In this document: piece by piece, positions 44,622-53,649 of the stretch
Layout of the letters: the number at the start of each line of letters is the position of its first letter
How positions within the stretch are numbered: position 1 is the stretch's first letter
NCBI GenBank assembly: GCA_038888615.1
Contig: JAWAID010000002.1
Location: 211,594-275,593, forward strand
DNA length: 64,000 nt
Reading direction: 5' to 3'
Source: Candidatus Korarchaeum sp.
GTDB lineage: Archaea > Korarchaeota > Korarchaeia > Korarchaeales > Korarchaeaceae
Notes under the pieces: generated by a model
Seen by the model: the letters and a program-made list of their open reading frames with translations, nothing else
What the model was told of the DNA's origin: nothing
The model's database searches: none
Program-made: the position numbers and the translations under genes

Positions 44622-45470
44622 TTAACCGATTCCGGTCGGTGGGCCGTGAAGAGGTTGAACAGTAACAGAAGTATTCAATTCCTTCCTTATCTCCTCAGCT
44701 CTCCTCACAGCAGCTTCTACAGCATCCATCAGGGCAGCCCTCATCCTGTACTTCTCGAGCACATGCATGGCAGCGATGGTCACGCCTCCAGGCGTTACCA
44801 CCATGTCCTTAAGCACCGCGGGATGCTCCCCCATCTCCAGCACCATCCTGGAGGCCCCCAGTAGGGATCTGGCGGCGAGCCTTAGGGCTAGCTCCTTCGG
44901 GAGGCCCGCTTTGACCCCCGCATCGGCCAGGGCCTCCATGAATAGGAAGGCGTAAGCGGGACCGCTACCACTGAGCCCCGTTATCATGTCCATCAGCTCC
45001 TCCTCAACCACGATGCAATCGCCGACTGCCCCGAAGATCCTCTTAGCCACCTCTAAGTCGTGCTCCGTTGCGCTCCTGCCCTTAGCTATTGCTGTAGCGG
45101 ACTCGCCGACCATTATCGCTAGGTTGGGCATGGCCCTGATTATCCTCGCTCGGGGGAGCAGGCTCTCCAGGAGCTCAGTGGTCAGGGCTGCAGCCACCGA
45201 GATCACCAGCTTACCTTCCACAGCCTCCCTTATCTCCTCAGCCAATCCCCTAACCTGCTTCGGCTTGACGGCTATCACCACGATCTCGCTTCTGCGAGCG
45301 GCCTCGAAGCTCGGTAGTATCTCTATGCCCATAGCTTCGATGTCCTTGTGCCTCTCCGGGTTGGCTGTTGAGGCCAAAACGCGGTAGCCCATCCTCGACA
45401 GACCCAGGACCAGGGAGGTACCTACCTTACCTAGCCCCATCACGGCAACATCAAGCAGGAAGGGAGCCAC
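44622..45470 (-). CDS. proC: Pyrroline-5-carboxylate reductase
   Basis: N-terminal Rossmann VAVMGLGKVG. C-terminal VVTPGGVTIAAMHVLEK...R......AV.AA..R..E signature. Confidence 0.85.
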   Translation of the reverse strand: MAPFLLDVAVMGLGKVGTSLVLGLSRMGYRVLASTANPERHKDIEAMGIEILPSFEAARRSEIVVIAVKPKQVRGLAEEIREAVEGKLVISVAAALTTELLESLLPRARIIRAMPNLAIMVGESATAIAKGRSATEHDLEVAKRIFGAVGDCIVVEEELMDMITGLSGSGPAYAFLFMEALADAGVKAGLPKELALRLAARSLLGASRMVLEMGEHPAVLKDMVVTPGGVTIAAMHVLEKYRMRAALMDAVEAAVRRAEEIRKELNTSVTVQPLHGPPTGIG

Positions 45471-45527
45471 CCATGCGCATCCCAGCCGACCTACGCTGAT
45501 ACTCTTTAAAACTTTCGTGTTCGTGAC

Positions 45528-47306
45528 TCAGAAGTCCATGGAGTTCACTATCTCATCAGGAAGACCTGGACAGTTCATCCTGAGCCAAGCTTTACTCTCC
45601 TCTATCTCAGCCCTCAGTAGCTCCTCGAACTCGCTCATACTGTAGTAATTGGTCGGGCTGAGCTCCTTAAGCCTCCTTCCGTCCAGGCCCGCTACGCTCT
45701 TAGGAACCAGCACCCTCTCCCCCCAGAACGGGTGTGGCTCGTACTCGACAGCCCCCCTTGAGGACTGGAGGATGAAGAGCTCGTCCTCCTCTATCGTCGG
45801 CTTCGAGCCACCCTTAACCCTGAAACCCCCTGCATCTTCCATCAGGGGCTCCGGGACCACGAGCCTCCTACCTCCGACCTCCCTCTCGACCCACCTGTAC
45901 TCAGCTCCAACCCTGCCCGTGGTCACGAAGACGTAAACCTCGATTGGATCTCTCTCCCTCCTCTTCCTCAGCATCTCATAGAACCTGATGACGTGCATGG
46001 AGTCAGGGACCCCTATTGTGAACTCCGAGAACCTAGGAACGTACCTAATTTTACCCACTAGCTCCTTAGCCTGCGCTGGGTGACCTATAGTCTTACCGTC
46101 GGCCAGGAACTTGGCGGCGACGGCCGGATCTTCGACCCTCATCCAAGCGTAGGACGTGAAGTAACTCGGCGAGAGGAATATGGCCGTCGTCAACGGTCCG
46201 CTTGAGGCTATATCGCCATCGAAGAACCCCGTGTCCTCTAAGTATAGCACGGTCCTCGAGTTCCTATTCGGTCTCCCGAAGTAGCTGAAGAGCTCGCCAG
46301 CGAACGAGGGGAAGCCTCCCTCATCGAACTCCGTGTTCTCATGAAGAGCCCTAGGGCTCGTTGCTCCTCTCCACATGGCCACCTGATCGGGAGTCAGATC
46401 CTCGGTCTTCGTCCAAGAACCTCGCTCAGATCCATAGACCCTGTCCTCGCATATCGCAATGATATCATCGTTCCTTATCACCTGATCCCTCACCAGCTCC
46501 AGGGGATCCACCCCGAACCTCTCCAGGAACGTCCTTGAGTTCTCCTCGTTCCAAGCGTAGAAACTGTGAGTGGACTTACCGCTTCCGGTGAGCCCCCATA
46601 TGGCCATAACGACCCTTCTCCAGCTTCCATCGATCTTCTTAACCGTGAACTCCCTGAGGGCCGCATGTTCTCCGGTGCATCCCTTTCCGTAGACGTAGTC
46701 GATCCAGTGGCAGAGAACCCCCTTCTTCACCTCTCCCTGATAGGATGAGACCGTTATTATCGTCAACCGTTCGTTGGGGAACCTGATCACCATCATCATC
46801 CTGTTGGTCCCCGGTATCATTGGGTTCCCCAGGTAATGGGGGATGACGAAGAGCTCGGCGTCAGGTTCGGCATCACTCGGTGCTGGGAAAACCAGCTGAG
46901 ACCACCTGTAAGCTATGTCAGGGAACTGAGGGTCAACGTAAACCCTCGCATGCATCTGAACCTTAGTACCGGGCTTACCGACGTAGCCATCCACCTTTAT
47001 CAGGGGACCCTGTGCTAGGATGTGCTCCAGGACCCTCAGCATCAGTAGCTTGTGCTCGTACTTGAGCTCGCCCTCATCGTTCACAACCACCGTGTTAGCG
47101 GCGGATCTGCTCCATATGTTGGATGCCCAACCCCAAGATCCGTTAGCGTACCGGGTTCCGTAGAGTTTGGCTCTCTCCAATAGGTCCTCGGGGTTGTCCA
47201 GAATGGGCATGATCCCGGCTTTTCTCTTAGCTTCTAAGATCCTCTGGAAAGCTTCCCTGAAGCTCCTAGGGTTAAGATCATCCGGAGGAGGTATCAGCCC
47301 TCTCAT
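45528..47306 (-). CDS. Phosphoenolpyruvate carboxykinase (ATP)-like protein, divergent
   Basis: Kinase-1a-like GLTGSGKSTHS and a following ...RNDDIIAI... segment in the position of the PEPCK GDDE motif. 592 aa. Confidence 0.55.
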   Translation of the reverse strand: MRGLIPPPDDLNPRSFREAFQRILEAKRKAGIMPILDNPEDLLERAKLYGTRYANGSWGWASNIWSRSAANTVVVNDEGELKYEHKLLMLRVLEHILAQGPLIKVDGYVGKPGTKVQMHARVYVDPQFPDIAYRWSQLVFPAPSDAEPDAELFVIPHYLGNPMIPGTNRMMMVIRFPNERLTIITVSSYQGEVKKGVLCHWIDYVYGKGCTGEHAALREFTVKKIDGSWRRVVMAIWGLTGSGKSTHSFYAWNEENSRTFLERFGVDPLELVRDQVIRNDDIIAICEDRVYGSERGSWTKTEDLTPDQVAMWRGATSPRALHENTEFDEGGFPSFAGELFSYFGRPNRNSRTVLYLEDTGFFDGDIASSGPLTTAIFLSPSYFTSYAWMRVEDPAVAAKFLADGKTIGHPAQAKELVGKIRYVPRFSEFTIGVPDSMHVIRFYEMLRKRRERDPIEVYVFVTTGRVGAEYRWVEREVGGRRLVVPEPLMEDAGGFRVKGGSKPTIEEDELFILQSSRGAVEYEPHPFWGERVLVPKSVAGLDGRRLKELSPTNYYSMSEFEELLRAEIEESKAWLRMNCPGLPDEIVNSMDF

Positions 47307-47350
47307 CTGGCTCCCAATGCGGTTATGTGGAGAGTATATAAGGAAGGACT

Positions 47351-48439
47351 CTAACCCCCAATAACCTCCCTAATCGCCCTGAAGAGCTCCCTAACTTCCG
47401 CCTTCTTGAGGACACCGTAACTTATTCTGAAGAAATCCTTCCCTCCCCTGAAGACGGCAGCAGGTACTATTCCGACTACGGGATCCCATTCGAGAAGTTT
47501 CAGAGCTAACTCGTTCGAGTCTCTCACTTCCGGGTGCCTAGCGTAGAGGTAGAAGGCTCCTCTAGGCTCAGGAAAGATGAGGCCCGATTCCCTAGCTCCC
47601 CTGACTACCTCCTCCCTGAGCTCAGCGTAATGGCTCCTGACCCTGGCGAAGTAGTTATCGCTAGCGGCCTCTATCATCCTGGTTATCAGTAACTGGGATA
47701 CCTCTGAGACACCCGCCGTCATCAAGTAGAGCAGCTTACCGACTACCTCTGGCTTCTCAGCTCCCCAGTAGATGTAGCCCACCCTCATCCCCGGGAGCGC
47801 GAAGGTCTTGCTGAAGGTATCCGCTATCACATCGCCTACCACCTCGACGCGCTCACCGAAGTATATCTGGGAGTAGGCTGCATCGTTTATCAGCAATACG
47901 CCTCTCCTGCTTAACTCGGCCCAGAGGTCCCTCAGTTCCGAGTTAGGGGCCACGTATCCCGTGGGGTTATTTGGGTAGTTTATCAGCACCGCTGAGACGT
48001 CATAGAGCTTTCCCAGGACCTCGCCCACCAGATCCTCTGAGAGGGGATCGTACGTGGCCACGGTGTAGCCGAACTCGACGGCGTGATCGAAGTACTGGGG
48101 GAAACCCGGAGCCGGGACCAGTAGCCTACCCTTCCTCAACTTAAGGGCAGCTAGAGCAGAGATCAATAAGGATTGAGCCCCTCCATTTGTCAGGAATATC
48201 CTTTCCTCGCTCAAATCCCTTCCCAGGAATCTAGCAGCGAAATCGCTGACGCTCTCCCTAGTTCGCTCGATCCCCACGAACGGCAAGTACCTCCTCCCCA
48301 CCTCCCCCAGATCCCTCAGCGCCCCCGAGACGGGGATGGGGGGTTCATGGGAAGGCTCGCCTATGTGAGCCCCTATAACCCTCCTCCCCTCCCTCTCCCT
48401 CCTCCTGCAGGAATCGAAGACGTCCCTTATGGTGAGCAT
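47351..48439 (-). CDS. Class I/II PLP-dependent aminotransferase (aspartate aminotransferase-like)
   Basis: NYPNNPTG and the PLP-lysine motif SKTFALPGMRVGY. Confidence 0.9.
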   Translation of the reverse strand: MLTIRDVFDSCRRREREGRRVIGAHIGEPSHEPPIPVSGALRDLGEVGRRYLPFVGIERTRESVSDFAARFLGRDLSEERIFLTNGGAQSLLISALAALKLRKGRLLVPAPGFPQYFDHAVEFGYTVATYDPLSEDLVGEVLGKLYDVSAVLINYPNNPTGYVAPNSELRDLWAELSRRGVLLINDAAYSQIYFGERVEVVGDVIADTFSKTFALPGMRVGYIYWGAEKPEVVGKLLYLMTAGVSEVSQLLITRMIEAASDNYFARVRSHYAELREEVVRGARESGLIFPEPRGAFYLYARHPEVRDSNELALKLLEWDPVVGIVPAAVFRGGKDFFRISYGVLKKAEVRELFRAIREVIGG

Positions 48440-48878
48440 GTGGGACCGAGGGGGGTGGACCTTATAAGTTTCCTAAGCGGGGAAGGTCGCGCCTTCCTCA
48501 AAGCTTCTGGAACTCTGTCCTGCGTAATCCCTAACCCTCTCATCCATCTACTCGCGAAAGAAGCTTCCAATGATATCATCACGCGCTCGGGGGTCTCAAC
48601 ACTCTCGAACCAAAAGCCGCATCCCGGAAATGGGCTCAGATGTCCCTTCAAGCACCTGTAGGGGCGCCCTCACCGCTGTGCGACTCCTCACTCGAGGTTT
48701 GGGGCAAGTAACCCCAACATCGGAGCTAGAGGATGTCCATTCCACTCCTCACACATACCTGGCCCGATCTAGCCTCTCCAAATCTCATGGACACCTTACT
48801 AACGGTGTTTCGCCGGTCGATGTCCCCAAGTTGTGCAGGATCCTATACGAGTGGTCGCGGTATTCGTGGGGAATAGAC

Positions 48879-49331
48879 CTATCCCTGAATCGCTTCAAGT
48901 CCATCCCTCAGGATCTCCAGGACCCTCCCCAAAACGGCCGACAGGGACCTCTCGACCTCCTCGCTCAGCCCCTCCTTCAGATCCAAGCTCTTCGGCTGAA
49001 CGCCCACGACGAAGACCTCCTTCGGATGGCCGGTGATCTCCTTGATGAGCCTCAAGAAGTGAATTGGGGAGAGGGAGTGCGTGGAGGACCTGATCTCGAT
49101 GGGATCGAGCTCCTCCAACCTAGCAGAGATCAGACTGCCTGGCTCCCCCCCGAAGTCAACGGCATCCACGAGTACGAGCCTGTCCACGCATAGGGAATCC
49201 AGGAGCTCAGGCATATCCGGCCCAGAGAGGATCGCATCGACGCCCCTGGCCCTCAGCTCCTCCCAGACCCTCACCCCCAGGCCGTCATCCGACCTCATGG
49301 CGTTGCCCACGCATATGACCAGGGTTCTCAA
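48879..49331 (-). CDS. [NiFe]-hydrogenase maturation endopeptidase (HycI/HoxW family)
   Basis: VICVGNAMRSDDGLGVRV. ATGA overlap with the large subunit gene. Confidence 0.88.
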   Translation of the reverse strand: MRTLVICVGNAMRSDDGLGVRVWEELRARGVDAILSGPDMPELLDSLCVDRLVLVDAVDFGGEPGSLISARLEELDPIEIRSSTHSLSPIHFLRLIKEITGHPKEVFVVGVQPKSLDLKEGLSEEVERSLSAVLGRVLEILRDGLEAIQG

Positions 49332-50617
49332 GGCTCCCTCCTCAGCCTGATCAGGTGGACGGAGCAGGATATGCAGGGATCGTAGGCCCTGACCAGCATC
49401 TCCAGCCTCAACTTGAGCTCCTCATCCCCCAATCCCCTCAGGTTCCTGGCGGCTATCCTCAGGTAGTGGTCCATGTTAGCAGCGTTCTGGGCTGTTGGAG
49501 TGACTATGTTAGCGAAAACGACCTCACCTTTATCGTTTAGCTTGTAGTGATGGTAAAGCAGTCCCCTGGGTGCTTCGACAACGGCCACTCCCTCTCCCGC
49601 TCTCGGAGAGACCTCGACCATGAGCTCATCCCTAATGCCCTCATCTAGGAGGCCGTTTATGAGATCCACGGCCCTCTCGACGCTGTATAGGAGCTCTACA
49701 GCTTGAGCCAAGTTATTTGAGAAGGGATTCGATGGATCTATCTTATCCTCCAGTTTCCCATAGGCCTCCCTGGCCTCCCCGTATAGCCTGTGTCTATTGA
49801 GCAGGAGCCTAGCGAGTGCACCGGTCATGAAGCTCCTTCCCTTATAGCTTGAGTGCTTCGCCGATGAGTGCCCCACGGTCACCTCGTTCGTGAGCTCCAT
49901 GTACCTCTCGACCGGGTATCTTTCCCCGTCCGAAGTGAGCAGGTGATCCCCTGAGTAGCCGTAGGCATCGCCCGGGTCTACGGCAATATACTGGTTACTC
50001 TCCCTAGCAAATTCAGGCATGGGAAGCGAGGAGAAGACCCTAATGGCCTCTCTAGCACCTTCGATCGATTCCTCTAACTGCTTAGCTAATCTCTCGAGTT
50101 CCTCTCTCCTGGGGACCCTTGTGTACCCTCCCGGCTTCGTCACGACGCCGTGAACGGTCCTGCCCGTCACCACCTCCTTTATCGCGTTACCAGCCCTCTT
50201 GACCTTCAGGCCCAGCTTCACCGTCTCGGAGTACTTATCCAGCATGCTCATCGCGTCCTTATAGCCCATGAAGTCCGGAAGGGCTAGGAAGAAGAGATGA
50301 AGGGCGTGGCTGTGTATCACATCGGAGATCAGCTGGAGCTCCCTGAGCACCTCCACCTGCCTGTCCACCCTTATCCCCATCGCCCTCTCTATGGCCCTCG
50401 AGCTGGCCACCTGATAGGGATCTGGGCAAATGGAGCATATCCTAGCGACTATATCAGGAACCTCATAGTACCTCCTTCCTATTAGCAGGCGCTCGAAGAA
50501 CCTTGGCCCCTCATATATCCTGAGAATGGCTTTCTTGACCTCATCACCATCTAAAACAACCTCTATGTTACCATGACCCTCCACCCTGGCCAGATGCTCC
50601 ACTCGTATCTCCCTCAT
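49328..50617 (-). CDS. hydA: Sulfhydrogenase (group 3b [NiFe]-hydrogenase) large subunit alpha
   Basis: N-terminal RVEGHG and C-terminal DPCISCSVH Ni-binding motifs, with a short C-terminal extension after the His. Confidence 0.93.
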   Translation of the reverse strand: MREIRVEHLARVEGHGNIEVVLDGDEVKKAILRIYEGPRFFERLLIGRRYYEVPDIVARICSICPDPYQVASSRAIERAMGIRVDRQVEVLRELQLISDVIHSHALHLFFLALPDFMGYKDAMSMLDKYSETVKLGLKVKRAGNAIKEVVTGRTVHGVVTKPGGYTRVPRREELERLAKQLEESIEGAREAIRVFSSLPMPEFARESNQYIAVDPGDAYGYSGDHLLTSDGERYPVERYMELTNEVTVGHSSAKHSSYKGRSFMTGALARLLLNRHRLYGEAREAYGKLEDKIDPSNPFSNNLAQAVELLYSVERAVDLINGLLDEGIRDELMVEVSPRAGEGVAVVEAPRGLLYHHYKLNDKGEVVFANIVTPTAQNAANMDHYLRIAARNLRGLGDEELKLRLEMLVRAYDPCISCSVHLIRLRREP

Positions 50618-50621
50618 GGGA

Positions 50622-51392
50622 TCACCTCCCGGCCACCAACTTAGCTACTTCCCCATACCTAGCCCCGAACATGCTCATCAGATCGATCAGAGTCTTTCTG
50701 TCGTAACCCCTCTTGAGCAGCGTCTCAAGCTCCCCGCTTACGTTAGCCTCGTCCCTCAGGGGACCCCTGCAGCCTATGCAGGCCGTATCGTAGGAGGGGC
50801 ACCTAGCGTCGCATCCGGCCACCGTTATGGGACCGAGGCACGGGAGCCCCCTCTCCACGATGAGGCAAGGGATCTCCCTGAGCTTGCACTCCACACAGAC
50901 GGGGTAGTCCGGAAGCACGGGCCTGACCCCTCTCACCAGATCCACTAGAAGTTCAGTGAACTCCCTTCCCTCTATTGGGCATCCCTGGAGCTCGTAGTCA
51001 ACCTGAACGACCTCAGACAAACCTTTATGTTCGCCTAAGAACCCATATAGATTTTCATCTGTACCATAGACGGATCTCATGAGGTCCTTCCAATCCGTAC
51101 CAGTTGTGGATGCCTGAATTCCTCCCCAGACCGCGCAGTTACCCAATGCGACGAGCGTCCCGCTCTTCCTCCTTATCTCCTCCAGGTACTCGAGGTCCTT
51201 CTTCGTGCTGACCGATCCCTCGACGAAGGCTACATCTACGCTGACAGGCAGCTCCACGCTGCTAGCCAGCTTGAACTCAACTACCTCTACTAAGCTCAGT
51301 AGATCCAGTAGGGAGTCCTCCATGCCCAGTATCGTCAGGTACTCCCCCTGGCATCCCGTCAGGGAGTAGAAACCCACCTTGGGCTTGACCAT
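50622..51392 (-). CDS. hydD: Sulfhydrogenase small subunit delta
   Basis: About 256 aa. The N-terminal ...YSLTGCQGE... and later Cys clusters (CPIEG, CVECK, CLGP..AGCDARCPS...CIGCRGP) are typical of a group 3 small subunit. Confidence 0.88.
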   Translation of the reverse strand: MVKPKVGFYSLTGCQGEYLTILGMEDSLLDLLSLVEVVEFKLASSVELPVSVDVAFVEGSVSTKKDLEYLEEIRRKSGTLVALGNCAVWGGIQASTTGTDWKDLMRSVYGTDENLYGFLGEHKGLSEVVQVDYELQGCPIEGREFTELLVDLVRGVRPVLPDYPVCVECKLREIPCLIVERGLPCLGPITVAGCDARCPSYDTACIGCRGPLRDEANVSGELETLLKRGYDRKTLIDLMSMFGARYGEVAKLVAGR

Positions 51393-52273
51393 CAGATCGC
51401 CCCCCTTATCGAGAGGATGTCGAAGTAGGAGAAAACCGGGCCGTCCTTACAGACGTAAGTTATTGAGGTAGCTCCTCCGATTATGCAGTGCCCGCACTTG
51501 CCGACACCGCACCTCATCCTCCTCTCCAGGGTGACGTAGACTCTTCTCGGGGAGAACCCCCTCCTATCGAGCTCCCTCATCACGAACCTATACATCACCG
51601 GAGGACCGCATACAACGGCGTAGGTGTTCTTAGGATCCAAGTACCTATCCACTAGCTCGAATAGGGCAGTGACCACACCCTTCCTCAAGCGATCAGGATG
51701 CCTCCTCATCAGATCCTCGTAGAACGGGTCGTCCTTCTCGAAGGATATGAATGACTCGAATCCGGAGTCGCGCTCGAACGGTTCGAGAACCTCCTCCTTG
51801 AAGAGGGTCTCTTCGTAGCTCTTGACCCCGTAAAGCAGATTGACGTTCCCGTACTTCTCCCTCCTATCCAGCACGTACTGAAGAACGCCCCTGAGAGGGG
51901 CCATCCCCAGACCGCCCGCTACCAGGAGGACATCGCTGCCCTCCATATCCTCCATGGGGAACCAGTTACCGAAGGGCCCCCTTATTCCTACGACGTCTCC
52001 CTCCTTGAGCCCGTGGAGGGCATTAGTCACCCTACCAACCCTCCTGACCAGCAGCTCGAGCGGGCCCGGCCTCGTCTGCGATCTGCATATCGATATCGTG
52101 GTCTCGCCGACACCGTAGACGCTGAGCTGAACGAACTGCCCGGGCATGTACCTGAAACTCCTCTCGAACTCATCGTTGAGGAACCTCAAGCGGAAGAGCT
52201 TCTCTATGGGTGTCATCTGCCGTACATCAGCTATTTCAGCTGGCTTAGGAACGAACTCCTGAGCGTAGATCAT
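51392..52273 (-). CDS. hydG: Sulfhydrogenase gamma subunit (FAD/NAD(P)H-binding, 2Fe-2S)
   Basis: FNR-like fold (RPGP...R.VG..T, LVAGGLGMAP) and C-terminal CGVGKCGHC. ATG 52273 forms an ATGA overlap with the hydB stop; the track start 52342 lies inside hydB. Confidence 0.88.
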   Translation of the reverse strand: MIYAQEFVPKPAEIADVRQMTPIEKLFRLRFLNDEFERSFRYMPGQFVQLSVYGVGETTISICRSQTRPGPLELLVRRVGRVTNALHGLKEGDVVGIRGPFGNWFPMEDMEGSDVLLVAGGLGMAPLRGVLQYVLDRREKYGNVNLLYGVKSYEETLFKEEVLEPFERDSGFESFISFEKDDPFYEDLMRRHPDRLRKGVVTALFELVDRYLDPKNTYAVVCGPPVMYRFVMRELDRRGFSPRRVYVTLERRMRCGVGKCGHCIIGGATSITYVCKDGPVFSYFDILSIRGAI

Positions 52274-53292
52274 CTCACCACCCCCCAGATCGCGTTGATC
52301 ACCTCCACATGATCTATGTCGGCGGGACAGAACACGGTGCACCTACCGCATCCGACGCAGTAGGGCAGTCCAGTGGCTCTGTTTATCCCACTCTTACAGT
52401 TGTACCTGTGAACGAACCTATCCAGCCTGGTTGGCCTGAAGTTGAGACCTCCCGCCACGAGGGCGTGACTCCTAAGGAAGCAGGAGTCCCACCTCCTCTC
52501 CCTGAAACCCTCCTTCAGTGAGACGTTGAGGCTCTCCGAAACTTCGTAGCACCTGCAGGTCGGGCAGACCAGGTTACAGGAGCCGCAGGCGAGGCACCTA
52601 TTGACGAACTCCTTCCAGGATTCGCTATCGTGAAGGGAGTCAACGACGTCCGGCAGGTGGGATGCCAAGAGCTCCTTCTTGAACATGCGTGCTCTTCTCC
52701 TCTCGAACTCGGCTAACCTCACGAAGTCCTCCCTCTCCGGCTTCCTCAGGAAGTCAGCCCCCTCGAGGGCCTCCTCTCCCCTCCCGGTGGCCACTCTGAT
52801 CAGGTAGGAGTCTCCTACTTCATGCAGGAATAGGTCGAAGCCATCATGAGCATAGTCAGTGCCCATGGACCTGCAGAAGCACTCCTCATCGGGTAGACAA
52901 CTTACCCCCACTAAGAGGGCATTGCGCCTCCTCTCCGAGTAGTAGGGATCGGGGTACTCGTCGATGTATATGGAATCCGTTATCTTGATCGCGTTTATAT
53001 CGCAGGCATGCAATCCAAACAGCACAAGTCTCCTGGGCCCCTCTCCAACTAGCTCATAACCCCTCTCCCTACTGACCCTCAGGATCCTCTCCCTTGGTCT
53101 CGTGAAGTACTTCTTCGGAGGGATCATCGTCCGCGTGTAATCCAGGGACATCTCATCGACGGAGCTTACCTCCCTGAACGCGTAAAATCTACCCATCCTA
53201 ACTGGCCCGTGAATTTCACCGAATCTCCTTAATGCGCCAAAAAGCTTAGGAAGGTCCTCCTTCACAATTTTGAGGTAGAGCAGCTCTACCAC
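52270..53292 (-). CDS. hydB: Sulfhydrogenase beta subunit (Fe-S)
   Basis: CLACGSCNLVCPTCRC and CVGCGRCTVFCP. The ORF extends to TTG 53352 through A/T-rich sequence. GTG 53292 is preferred: it lies about 27 nt after the A/T box at 53312-53326. Confidence 0.85.
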   Translation of the reverse strand: MVELLYLKIVKEDLPKLFGALRRFGEIHGPVRMGRFYAFREVSSVDEMSLDYTRTMIPPKKYFTRPRERILRVSRERGYELVGEGPRRLVLFGLHACDINAIKITDSIYIDEYPDPYYSERRRNALLVGVSCLPDEECFCRSMGTDYAHDGFDLFLHEVGDSYLIRVATGRGEEALEGADFLRKPEREDFVRLAEFERRRARMFKKELLASHLPDVVDSLHDSESWKEFVNRCLACGSCNLVCPTCRCYEVSESLNVSLKEGFRERRWDSCFLRSHALVAGGLNFRPTRLDRFVHRYNCKSGINRATGLPYCVGCGRCTVFCPADIDHVEVINAIWGVVR

Positions 53293-53492
53293 CCTCCCGC
53301 GAAGACCGGTCCCTAAATAATAAAAATACACTTCTTCTGTTCGAAATTTCAATAACTATAGATCCTGTCTAACTTAATTATTTTTGCTAAAATATCGCTA
53401 TCTTCACTAAAAATACATTAATTATACATAAATTGGAAATATATTTGCTAAAAATTTATAAATAAAATTATTTGATACTCACTGTGGCGCTC

Positions 53493-53535
53493 GGGATGGT
53501 ACGGATCACCCGTCTCTCCGGCGGAATACCATCCC
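53493..53535. other. GC-rich stem-loop island inside an A/T-rich spacer
   Basis: GGGATGGTA (53493-53501) pairs perfectly with TACCATCCC (53527-53535). Inner CGGA/TCCG pairing also present. Confidence 0.5.
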
Positions 53536-53649
53536 GTTGATCTGAAATCTATCCAAAAAATGCCACCATTTCTTTCATCGAAGATCGATAATTCAGAGAA
53601 ATACTAAATATTATCCAATTAAACGGCGTAAAGTTTTACGCACAATCGG

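Noticed and set aside
48570-49193. 207-aa plus-strand ORF spanning the spacer and the hydrogenase protease gene.
   Set aside because: Its 3' half is antisense to the well-supported HycI-like gene (GNAMRSDDGLG). Its composition is Pro/Ser/Arg-rich, and it has no recognisable domain.
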